From assembly GCA_002633005.1 (NCBI GenBank), contig NMRA01000210.1, forward strand, positions 310,001 to 374,000: DNA of 64,000 nucleotides. The letters run 5' to 3'. The notes under the pieces are model-generated. The model searched no databases, was not told the DNA's origin, and saw only the letters and a list, made by a program, of their open reading frames with translations. How positions within the stretch are numbered: position 1 is the stretch's first letter; every line of letters begins with the position of its first letter. Position numbers and translations under genes: made by a program. Below are positions 48,201 through 59,400 of the stretch, piece by piece. Origin of the DNA: Phoronis australis (lineage: Eukaryota > Animalia > Phoronida).

Positions 48201-50437
48201 ATTGTCTTAATGTATACGTCTTTTTGCTAAATTATACTGAAAAGACATGGTCACATGACCCAATTAAAAGGCAGATTGAAACAAATTCAAAACTTACTTT
48301 CTACAGGCTTTCTGTTTTCAGTAAATGTGTACTTCGGGGTTGGCTTGTGACCTCAGATTTTGTTAAGTGTTTGGCGGTCTAGTAAAAATTTTGAGGTCCC
48401 CATGAAGTCACCATGCCACTACCAAGCTAGCCAGCTAGCTTGCTGTGTATGACCAGGGCCCTCGGCCTCGATCACTTGCTATTTGGGTTTAATATTATCG
48501 GCCCACTTCCTCTCTCAAAACTATTACAAAAACATGTAATGAAAATTCCCCTAATCAAAGTAAAAAAATTCCCCTCTAAACGATCACAAATTACTCTCAT
48601 GGTAAATGTAACATTGTCATAAAAAGCAATGCAACAAATAAACCTCACAAACATTCCCCTCTTTATAAAAAAATGACGCAAAATTGTCCTTTACAAAGGT
48701 ACAGGCACCTTTCCCCTCAGGTGTCGTGAGCGAGGACTCTGGTGACTTAACATTAAAATACAGCTAGTGAACGATATTGGTAAAAATTTGGATTACTTTT
48801 TCAGTTCATCACAACTCTATTTGCAGTCTTCTTGCAAAGAAACTTGCATTAAATTCTAGCACGTCCAACCACGCATAAGTTTTTTTCAAATCTGACGTTC
48901 GAATGACACCTACCCTGTCCAATATGGAAGTTTAACAAAAACGTACTATTATGAACATTTTCTTATACCATTTGTAACAAAGAAGTCAGATGAAGATTTC
49001 AAAACAGTATGCTCGTCGCTCATGGCACAAGAAGTAAACGGAACACAATCAAAATGGTCAGCAAAATTTGAAAGGGACCAACTGTGTTCGTCTTCCTCGG
49101 AAGTCAGCCTGTGCCCAAAATATTGGGCCCAACAGGGTGAAATTGGTCATTATCCAGCGAGACACCCCTAATTTCCCGCTCGAGCAAAAAACACCACCTG
49201 GGGTAGTTCGCCAAGTTTCCACTTCAGGTATCTTGTTTATTTCATTTCCAGCTCTTGCTGACAAGGCTTGACAACCTCAATACGCATTTGACAAACTGGG
49301 ATTTTGCCAAGTTGCATGTGGCAAGTTGGTGTTATGCTAAGCGTCAACCCCTGTACAGCTGTACAGCTACAGAGCTAAAATCCACTGAGCTTCTGTGCTT
49401 ATATTTGACTAAACACATACACTTGTCAATAAAATACCATCACTTCCTAGAGAAAACAGATGGATGAAGTTTTGAATAAACACTTTAAAATGTGCCATGA
49501 GCTTTAAATGACCAGCTCCACTCGTTCATTAACTAACAGTGAACATATATCAAATTTTAGCTGGTTACAGCATGCCAAATATTCGCAACTCTCAAAGGTG
49601 TGTGAACCACAAAACAAGATTGGGCATCGAAAACAATCTTCAAGCTCTGTATGACGCCATATGAGCAAAAGTAGGTCAAAAGGTTACACAAACCCGTAAC
49701 CGCCAAAACCAACATCACAAGACTAATTACTACTGCCTTCGAATACGAAAATTTAAGACAACATTGAGAAACTCGACAACACGAATGTATTACTGAAAAA
49801 CATAAATGTTTAAAGTGCTCAAGTATAGTTGTAATACGTAAAAAACAACTCGAATTACTCAGACACAACTCAAACTTCGACAAGTCGATGCCCTCGTGAA
49901 CTGAACGATCAATAAACTTTTTTCGGTTTTCAACTCATGTCTGCACACCGATGACAAACATCGACTTCTAAAATCGTTCATGTAGTTAAAAACTTTCGAG
50001 TAAACTCAAATAAAATGCAAAAAAATAACATTAAAACAAAATACTGTGGCGCTAAAATAATAAAATTCGGGCGCCAAAATTTTGAACGATTTCGCTTGAC
50101 ACTGTTTGAACGACGTGTCTGACTTACGTAGTTCGTTCCACATAGCATGATGTGTGGCAAGAAAACCCTCCCGAATAGCTTGTAGTATATCGTCATCGTT
50201 GTCACTCCAAAATCCTTCTCTAGACTTTATTTCTTTCAACAAATTATCTCGGGTAAACTTCGAAGCCTCTGGCCCGCCATGGCCGTCGAAGATGCCGAAA
50301 TATCCGAATTCCATATCAACCATCGTTCCATTTTCAATGTCTTTTTCTTCAAAATGTACCGCGTACTCATCTTCCATGTAATGTCGATCGCCTTTCTCAC
50401 TTCTAACCGTCACTCTAAAATTGTTGTGGCTCGACAT
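39220..50437 (-). CDS. PPM1D: Protein phosphatase 1D (Wip1, PP2C-delta), ~738 aa; exons 50437-50128, 47313-47135, 46147-45967 (partial duplicate 45617-45458), 43642-43440, 43125-42886, 40323-39220 (partial duplicate 40870-40342)
   Basis: PP2C motifs [37 protein letters not shown] and RADN, plus the PPM1D-specific basic B-loop [35 protein letters not shown]. Junctions are GT-AG and phase-compatible; total 2217 nt = 738 codons plus stop. The last exon encodes a long basic, low-complexity tail. Confidence 0.95.
39795..40887. repeat. 546-bp tandem duplication (39795-40340 / 40342-40887) joined at N40341; duplicates the 5' part of the PPM1D last exon
   Basis: Equal-length copies with a few substitutions (e.g. 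GGNLP vs SGNPP in protein). Confidence 0.95.
41350..42737 (-). mobile_element. Older, diverged HINE-like copy in PPM1D intron 5
   Basis: The reverse complement near 42700 resembles the 5' body at 63340-63450; it has repeated ccactag/gacactagggggcac units about every 120-150 bp. The left boundary is approximate. Confidence 0.65.
44478..45084. mobile_element. Harbinger-like MITE (TTA flanks) containing a nested HINE-like fragment (~44620-45020)
   Basis: tta|ggactgttccagcaaaaaatgtatgagaggggg ... ccccccatacggacttttactggaacatcct|tta. The interior resembles HINE units on the minus strand. Confidence 0.55.
45115..46126. repeat. Tandem duplication (45115-45617 / 45619-46126) joined at N45618; duplicates most of PPM1D exon 3
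   Basis: Near-identical copies; the lower copy of the exon is cut exactly at the N. Confidence 0.95.
47523..47670. repeat. 50-bp minisatellite x3
   Basis: Unit ttttaccattatatacaaatacacggatattcctggactacgcctttgac at 47523, 47573 and 47623. Confidence 0.95.
47883..47937 (-). ncRNA. Degenerate minimal type-I hammerhead ribozyme-like motif (Penelope/retrozyme type)
   Basis: Minus strand: ttgggtgcac-CUGAUGA-u-aaaaag-ugugcc-cuuuuu-c-GAAAC-GUU-gcggcccaa. Both core boxes are present with a palindromic ACGU stem III; the first stem II pair and stem I are imperfect. Confidence 0.4.
47987..48267. mobile_element. MITE with ~48-bp terminal inverted repeats ending in TTAA
   Basis: Left end ttaactgggccattttgaccatattctttcagtgtaatttagtaaaaa; reverse complement of right end ttaattgggtcatgtgaccatgtcttttcagtataatttagcaaaaa. 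Confidence 0.7.
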
Positions 50438-50499
50438 TTCGTTCTTAGAACTTACTAAAATTCATCACAACATTAACTGTTCGCCCGAACGTTCACCAC

Positions 50500-50580
50500 G
50501 GCATTCGTTTGGGCAAGTTTCCCTCTCAATTTTGATTGGCTGGATAACCAGTGACCTATTTTTGATGACGTAAAGTTTGG
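50500..50580 (-). promoter_or_regulatory. PPM1D proximal promoter motifs
   Basis: One RRRCWWGYYY decamer (gggcaagttt, 50511-50520), a CCAAT box (gattggct, ~50534-50541) and a CRE/ATF-like tgacgtaa (~50566-50573), 75-140 bp upstream of the ATG. Confidence 0.4.
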
Positions 50581-50960
50581 TTGAGTAAAAATAATAATCG
50601 CAAGCTACAACGTGATAAATCTTTGGTCGTCGTTGATTCACGCTGTAGAGCATTTTCTAAAATATGCTGAATCAACAAAAATCAAATATTGGGAACCACC
50701 ATCAAAATTTTTGGTTGATGCGGGTGTCACTAAAGACTAGATATCAGCTATTGGTGCTGACTGAGTCATAGACCGTCGGACTGGAGAACGAAATAGCCTA
50801 CACCGGGAGAAAGCAACAACACTGAGCATCGTAATCGTGGTGGCGGAATGTGCGTATCCCGTATCCAGCGGTTTGTTTGATCTGACAGATCAATCGCCGG
50901 AGACTGAACGAACAGCATTTTCCTCTGCGATTTCATCAGTACTGATGCACAGTGTGGTCA

Positions 50961-51120
50961 CAGGGGCGTATCCAGGATTTTGAGTTGGGGGGGCAGGACA
51001 GAGTATTAGCCATGATTTTGCTCGTCAGACATTCGCACCCCCGTACTGCCAAATGGAATCTGGGAGAATTTTAGAGTGGGGCCACATGGCCCCCTTTGCT
51101 CCCCTCTAAATCCGCCACTG
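50961..51120. mobile_element. CAG...CTG-terminated MITE with near-perfect 5-bp target duplication (hAT5-like)
   Basis: ggtca|caggggcgtatccaggattttgagttggggg ... cccctctaaatccgccactg|ggtct. Confidence 0.65.
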
Positions 51121-53492
51121 GGTCTTGAAACACGACGTACAGAACTCGAAGCATGCCTATCCGTTCTACTTGCACTGCCAGTGGGACATTCAGTTCGTGC
51201 CACGCAGGTGTCTTTTCCGAAAAATCGATCATTACTACCGCATTTTGAGTCTCATTTTATTTACCTGGCTTCACCCCTCAGTGGATGCCGAATATGCGGC
51301 ACCCGGCCACAACAGAGCGCACGTAGACGCGCTGTTCATTTTCACTGATCTAGCCGTAGCGCCGGCCGTAGTCGAAAGTTATCGTGTAGTGATCGAATGA
51401 GGACTAACGTAGTCCACTGATGCACTTAGACCGACACAGTGACACTGTATTTTTTTACATAGTTTTACTCTCCGCGGCCGCAAACTGAGTGTCATAAGTG
51501 GTTGCTTCAAAAGTGAAGCGTTGCCGTCTGCACGAGTCTGTCCATTTAACATTATGAGTATTCGCACAACTGGAGGCCGCCTGGGTGTAGACTTCGGTGC
51601 CCGGTTGCACGAAACAGTCCCTAATAGGGATTCTAAGTTCCGTAAAACCTAAGGCGTACTTATTCTTGGCTTGTGAAAACATGCATTGCCCTTTCATTGT
51701 TTTAGTTTCATTACTAAGTCAACTTTTGACTTAAGTCGAAGGCATTGGCCTATGAATTGTGAACTCTACGGAGATTGTCAATATTATCGAAAATAATTAG
51801 GGCTTATCTTTTCATGCAACAACCCCACTGAGTTCCTAATTATTTCCGATTAACTCTGGGTTCGGTTTTTAGTTATATTATTAGAAAATGTCATTAATGA
51901 AAGAGGAGCTCATAATAAAGATGAAAAGATCTTCATAGTGAGACGTTTGGGAATTCTAATGAAGTAGTGTGTTAGTCGAAAATTATTGTTAGAGAAGAAA
52001 TGTGCGTTTTTGTATCTTATTTTATTATCTTGCTGAGATCATTCGTCAATTCCCGTCCCGATATTTTGATGAGTGTCCCAGTAAGTGTGTGAGCGCGCAA
52101 AGGTGCATTTTGAAATACTGTGTTGATGCGCTGAGCAGTACACCACTGCAAGACCTTGAAAGTTCTTAGAAAAATATAACAGGACTGAGATGGTTTTATT
52201 GGGAACTGTGGTGTTTTGTTTTTCCAGTACTCCCAAAGTAATTTGTTTTGCAACTAGGCATTCTAAGTTGAGAAAAATGCCAAAATTGACTCTAAATCTA
52301 AAAACAGAACTAACAGCCGTTCAAGCGCAGCTAGTCTGACGATTTTACTGCACATCTAAGGGTCTCTACATTGAGAACTGTTTAAGAACAAAAGAAGCAG
52401 CAGTTGAAAGAGAAATGATCGTTCTGTGGAGTACATGGTCAGTACGAGCAAGTTTTAAAGGTATAGAAAATGCATTCATCTTCCTGCACTGAATTATAAA
52501 AGTTACCTGTGGATAGCTTTGCAATAAAAAAGTTGGATTTCCTGCAGTAACGTGCAGCGATTTGCAGGTTGCTCGGTGAGATTTTTTTATTAAACTACGA
52601 ATTAGTCATAATTTCAAAAATCATATTCATAGTGATTGGATGCCNCCCCCCCCCCCCTCCCTCTGCACGCTATTGGTTCCCTATGCCATAAGGACAACAC
52701 CATTTCCAGACTGAATCCCGTTGGTCATGTTTGAAACACTACTTTCAGTATTTTTGTGACCAAACAACTTTTTGTCATTTTTTTTGCTCAGGAGGCGTTA
52801 ATTGCTCTATCCTTACTGAACCAACACTCCTTTTCGATGGGCACTCAAATCCCCGGAGTCGCGGCATCGGCTCTGCTTTGAAAACTGACTGAAGAACCAG
52901 TGGTGTACTAGCGCGTGACTGAAGACTGGACGCGAGAACGCATAGAACTGTGTACTAAAGACGTAAATGTAGTTTTTATTTTCAAATAGTCAAGAGTACA
53001 CACTCCACTCAAAATATTTTATGTCCTGAATCCGATTCTGTCCAGTCAGCCAACTGACAAAGTCTTCAATGCATTACGAACCCTGGTTAGTTCCGACAAT
53101 GAGTAACAGTTTGACAAAACATAACTTTACCCCCAGTGTCTTCGTCTGTAGGTCTACCTCGTTTCCTGCATTCATGAATTAACTCATATAGTCCCACTAG
53201 CTAGTCCAGCTGAGTCGGCAGGGATTGAGCTGGTGCCCGCAGACAAGTGAATCTAGTTAAATCACGTGACCCAGGTAGTTTTGTTATTATATGATATTCA
53301 CCTGGATGCTTTGTGTCGTGCATATAAAGTGTTGTATAATGATCGCCTGTGTGAAATGCAGAGGTAGCAATGAATGGAGTGGCGAGACAATGAACTAAGC
53401 ATCTTATCGTTGATATGGGTATTTTGGGCAACCTGCCGAAATGCTGTCTTGCGGAAAAGTCGGGGTCCGAGGCAGGGATCGTTTCGACGGCA

Positions 53493-56400
53493 ATGGAAGA
53501 CGAGCAAGGCGAGACTCCCGGAGACAGGGATAGCGGCAACGTAACTCCGTCGTTGAGCGTGAGTGATAATGGCACAGACATAGGTGTTTATATGTTCTCC
53601 AGTTCACACTTGTTAAGCTAAAATTTTGAATTTTTTTCATTTTATTCAAAAAACTGTGTGGATACCATTTACACCTAGCTGGTTCTTAGGTTACACCAAT
53701 GAGCTCACCAACAAGTTGCTCACTGATCTACGATTTAGTGAACGATCAATACTTCGAACTAACCGCTGTTGTTAACATTAGTCTCAGTGTAATTTTGAAT
53801 TCGGATCAATCTCATAACCGAGGAAAGTGATCGAGTATGAGAAATCCTGAAGCAAAAATTACTAGACCCTAATGATGTGATTTGCACATCTGTAGGCCTA
53901 TTACGGCTGGTCCAATAAATGACACAATCTTGCTGTCTTTCTGAACAGAATAAAACACATTCATGTGAGTACAAAAGTCGGTCAATTTTCGTGACCTAGT
54001 TGTCTTTTTTCTGAAAGTTTCATTGTCTTAGGTATTTACCGAAGGGAAAGCTTTATTTCGGTAGCGATCGATTAGCCTACAGGTTCATAACTCGGCATCA
54101 GATTTCTTTCGTGTTGCTGGTTTTCGATCACCCATATATTCTGGGCCTATTCCACCGGAACAGGGACTTACTGAAACGACAGTCGATGAAGATGACCGCG
54201 GTAACTGGGGCAGTAAGATCGACTTTCTCCTCTCCTGTATCGGGTACGCAGTGGGTCTGGGCAACGTATGGAGATTCCCCTATCTTTGTTACAAAAGTGG
54301 CGGCGGTAAGTAGCGTTTGACTGTGACAGCTTGGAATGACACTTGGCTGTGAATTTAGACTACAATATATTTGCGGGAATTATGCCTATGTAGACGGTCT
54401 GCCGTAATTAGGAGTCTGCTGGCAGTGCTAGGTAAATGTAGAAATAGGTGAGCTCGAACTGGAAAAGGTAGCTAGAAACTACGAAATGCAATTGAATCAA
54501 ATTGATAAATATTTTATGCCTTCAAATCATGGCCTTGCGTTATGACAACGCAGATGTCCATGTAAAACAAGTAAGAAAATATTTCGTTCTTTTGAAGATC
54601 GAAGTCAGTTTTGACTAAGCCACAATTGAGCTCCGCCCTTTGTGTGCTCCTCTCTTTTCACTAAACTTTTAGTACAAGATTTCTGACATAATTTTTTCAC
54701 AGCCAGGCTTTCTCTAAAGTGGTCTGGCAAACAACGACCCACATGTAATTTCTGGAATCGTGCAGTCATTAAATGGACATTATGTTTTTACTCCGATGTT
54801 GCGTGCGGGGTACGCAACCTTCACTTTGATTGAGGCTGGTATAAGAGTGCTTTGGATACAGAAGCAATATCTTTACAATATTATACATTCAGGTAGTTGA
54901 GAACTGGTGTAAAGTTCATCAAGTCGACTGCATGCTGCTTCCCGTTCAGTAACGCTGGGACCTCGCTAAAAAGCAAGACTGCAAGATTACGTGAGCTACT
55001 GCCATGTAAATGAGAATACATGACTTAGGCAAGATTTTAGCTAAGTCTTAGTGGAGGTCCGAGTGTTACTGAACGCACGTCAGGGCTGCAGGTTCACGCG
55101 CCGTTCGAGCTGAATCACTGCCTTAACTCAGTCTCCTCCCGGTCTCTGTCGCCTAAGTTCTACTGAACTATATAATTACCGAAAATCTGGCTTCAAAGAG
55201 GAACGACGGCACGAAGTGGCATCGGGCTTACGCCGGGAAAAGCACACGCGGGCGACTACTGATTGAGCAAGTGTCCGAGGACAAAGAGCAGACACTGCTG
55301 ACGGCTCTTTTGGCCGTGTAACTGACTGAACCCAAGGGACTGCCATAAACGACAGCATGTCCGCGCTCTCACAAAAGAAACTGAATAAATACCCTCGATC
55401 ATTGTTCGTCACATCTGCCCCAATACACATATCGCAGATCACAGTCAGCACAAGAGAGGTTTCCACTATCGGTACCAGATGGCGTACACAGGCGCGGAGC
55501 AGCAAACACCAGGGAATAACTGTCATTGTCAAACGTGTCTGCTGAAAAATGCATTTTGGCATTATTGTTGGATGGGATACATTTTTTGAAGTTATAGCTT
55601 TGGCCAGAACTATTGAGCAATAAAATCCGTCAGTGTTTTCGTGCTTAAGTCATGCAGTGCCAATTCTCGCCGTTGTCTACCAGACATTCCCTAAGTGAGG
55701 GACTGTGACTGCATCATTTAAAGAGTGCCTTTGACTTCATTTACTCTGCCATTTAGCGAATGGTATTTAGCTTCGCCATCAGAGCATTTGTCGCCAGGTG
55801 AACGAACGAAGCCCCATTTCAACAAGAACATTTTGCAATGTAAAAATTTTCCATTCGCAGTGGCGGATTTAGGGGGCGGGGGCAAGGGGGCCATGCTTCC
55901 CCCCCTAAAATTCTACCAGATATCATTTGGCAGTTAGGGTGCGAATTGCTGACTAGCACACACGCGCAACCAGGAGGGCTCGGGGGTGAAGAAACAATGC
56001 ATAGGCCCTGAACAAACCCCGTTTGCCGTTTTCTTCTTTTTTTTAGTCAAAAGGTTCGCAAACCCAAAAATTAGAGACCCATGCATCCCTACATTTTAGG
56101 GCTGGGCGCGCGCATCTGCCTAAATTCTGGTTATTCATGTGCCCTCCCCCCCCAACTCAAAATCCTGGATCCGCTCCTGATTCGCACTCTGAAACATTTG
56201 CGTAGACATTTCACCAACGTGCTTAAAATCCATTGAAAATTAATGCTTTGTATTTCCTGAGCTTCGGTTTGCTAAAGGGATATGATTTTACAGAAATCAA
56301 CTCCGCTATTTTACATTGCTCTACTTCTTAAAATTGTTTTGTTCAATTATTTCCAGGCGCTTTTCTTATTCCCTACGTCATAATGTTGACCTTTGCTGGA

Positions 56401-59400
56401 CTTCCGCTCTTTTTTATGGAGCTTGCGCTAGGACAGTTTGCATCACTCGGCGCCACCAAAGTCTGGAAAATATCTCCACTCTTCAAAGGTAAACGTTGGT
56501 CTCGCATCGCATCCAGCCTCTGTTAGCATTAGGATCTGGTGTACAACATTTGGTTCTTTATTGGTCGGTCAAGGGGGAATTTGACCGTTGTACTTAAATC
56601 AGCTGAACATAAGATTATGTTTTCACAATCTTTACTGGCATAACTTGATTCATAATCTACGTTATAAATGCGGTTTGTGATCACCGTGCTGACTGTTCAC
56701 AGTGTCAATGGTGCAAAGCATTTTGTTTACAGTACAACTGTGCTTCTTTCTTCATATCTCATGCAGGTTATCCAAAATGAAGAGCGTACAATTGAAGTCG
56801 CTGAGCAACAATTGAATATTTTTGTCTCGGAAAAAATACAGAGAAAGAACAGACAATTTGAAATGTTGAAATACGGATACAAATCAGATCGAAGCTTAGT
56901 AAGGTTAAAAATCTGACCAAGTTGCCTGGTGTTTTGAGTTGTTCGCCAGGTAAACAGTACACCTTTTAATTGTCTTTGGTTTCACAATTCTCGTCTGCTG
57001 CTCTCCAGTGATTATTGTTTCTTACTATGTCCAGTTTTACAATGTACTTCAAGAGACGCACATTAACAAGTAGCAAAGCTTCGTAAACACATGCGTATTA
57101 AAATGCACAGCACCCAAGTGCTGATAGATGACAAGAGTATTTGTTATACGAATGGAAAATATTGTAAATCAGTGATAATTTTATATAATTATTGTCAAAA
57201 GTTGTCAATAATCGTCAAAGAAAAGAAAATGCTTTGATCATGGAGTGAAAATTGAATTTTCTAGAGATTCAGTTTGGTGATCTGCATTAGGCATTATTTA
57301 CAGTAACAATATAAGTTGTGGCTCTTGATCGCGGTTATTGTCACATTTTGGGGCAAGTCTGAAAAAAACATAGCCTACATTGCTCAACGATGCAAACCTT
57401 GATCAATCGCGTTTTAGCTAAACTGTTGAACCAAACATTGGCTGCACGTAGAAGAATGGAATGCCATGTGAATTTGACAACTATTGCTTGACCATAGTGA
57501 CAAACAGCATCCACATCACAGGCCAACCTACCGCAAAAAGATGACCAATCCTCGTTCCAATTGCCCTATTATTAACCATACTTAAATCTTCATCTACAGG
57601 AATCGGCTGGGCCATGGTCATCGTGTCCACTTTGGTCAGTATCTATTACAACATGATCATAGCTTACACCTTGTTTTACCTGTTCGCGTCCTTCGCCAGT
57701 GACGTCCCCTGGAAGCACTGTAATAATACGTGGAACACTGAACAATGCGTCGACCGATTCAGTAACGGCACACGTGAGAAACGTTTAATTTTTCTATGTA
57801 ACTGGATACCGAGCGGGTTAATTTGCTGGTATATTTATGTTTTCCTTTAGAAATCACACTACATAATGCCAATTAATGTAGCGCCTATTCAGTTTGAATT
57901 TAGTGTATTGGTGCACCAAAAACTGATTCGATGTTCCTGAGCCCTTTTCTGGACGATTACACTGAAAGAACATTTGATCTTCATCGTCTATGTGGCCAAA
58001 GGCATGTCCTTCATTTCTTCGTGTTCGGTTGACGTCCAAAAATTGTTACCACATAGGCGGGTTTAGAGCCCCCCCCCTCTTGGCTGCCCGGCAAAAAAAT
58101 AAAACAGCAAGAGCGTAGGGAAATGTTGAGTTTATTAATTAACCCCGGTAATTAAAATTATACGGCTGAAACGATTTAAATGTATGCAGTTTTAGTGTTG
58201 GGGGGGCTCAGATCCAATTTCAAGTGTCAAATTTGGAACACGGCGCAATCGTAACGGAACTATGGCTAAGTATAGGCTCTCCCACGATATCCCAGGCGAC
58301 CGGCAGTGGCGCTACGCACTACGACTCCGTTTCCGTCGTCTGCTCCACTGTGCAATGAAGAAAATTACTTCATTTTTTAAAGAAAATGGAATCTGCGTGA
58401 CGATGAAAAAACATAAGCTGCTGGTAAGATGTGAATTTAAATCGAAGCCTTAGTGAATCACTCAGAAACTCGTAATTCTCTCTTTGTCAAACCTTATCTT
58501 AAGACGATTTCCAAAGCAATGGCGTCATTATTGCCATCACAAAAAACGGATTTGGTCTTTTTGGCAATTGAAGACTATTTTAAATACAACAAATTTGTTA
58601 CGAAATGATTGCACAAAATAGAAAACGTGTAATAAGCATTACAAAAAGAAGTTAGCGCGCAAACGCTGTGGACCATAAACAAGTAGGTCTCTTAGGGGTT
58701 AAAGCGTGGTGGTGATGTAGCAAAGCGCGCGCGCTGTATCCGCCAGGTCGTGATTTCGCATCTGTGGTAACTGCAGCTTTTCTTGTTTGACACATTCTCC
58801 GTGTTCTTGTTTTGTTTTGTTTTTTTTTTCTTTTTTTTCCTTTTTTTCTTGGATAATACTTCAGGAATCAAGGAAAATGCTTGGTTTTTAGAGGAAATTA
58901 CAGAAAAATTTCCTGGACGACCTCCCCCCATTCGGTGCGATGGGCATCTACAATCGTGCTTTCCCCAAATGTTAACAGACAAAATGTTGCCCCACCCTTG
59001 TGATATCCTAGATCCGCCACTCTACCAATAGGCTTACATTTGACCACGCCTCTGTAGCTCTGTAGACCACTCTCATACGTACACGTGTCACCCAGTTATC
59101 AGCCTGCTGTTTTAATGAAGAAATCGCCTTGTATTTCGTAGTTCCCATCTGTAACGACGAGGTTCAAATACCGTGTACAAACTACAGTAATCCCAACGCA
59201 ACGACACCTTCGCAGGAGTACTTCGAGTAAGTTACAGAAATGTTGATTTTCCTCTTGAAGTGTGTGCCTGATATATTTTTCTTTGAAAAAATGATTAGAT
59301 TCTAGTCACCCAGTCCTTGGTGAAGACATGCAAACGAAAACATTATCATTTTATACCCATTCACTTACGAGAAGAAAGTCTTTTGTTGCGTTACACATTG

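Noticed and set aside
50905-50940. Hammerhead-like CUGAUGA...GAAA on the minus strand
   Set aside because: No credible stem II or stem III can be formed.
58143-58698. piggyBac-like MITE (TTAA|CCCC ... GGGG|TTAA)
   Set aside because: Only 4 bp of terminal complementarity; insufficient without additional copies.
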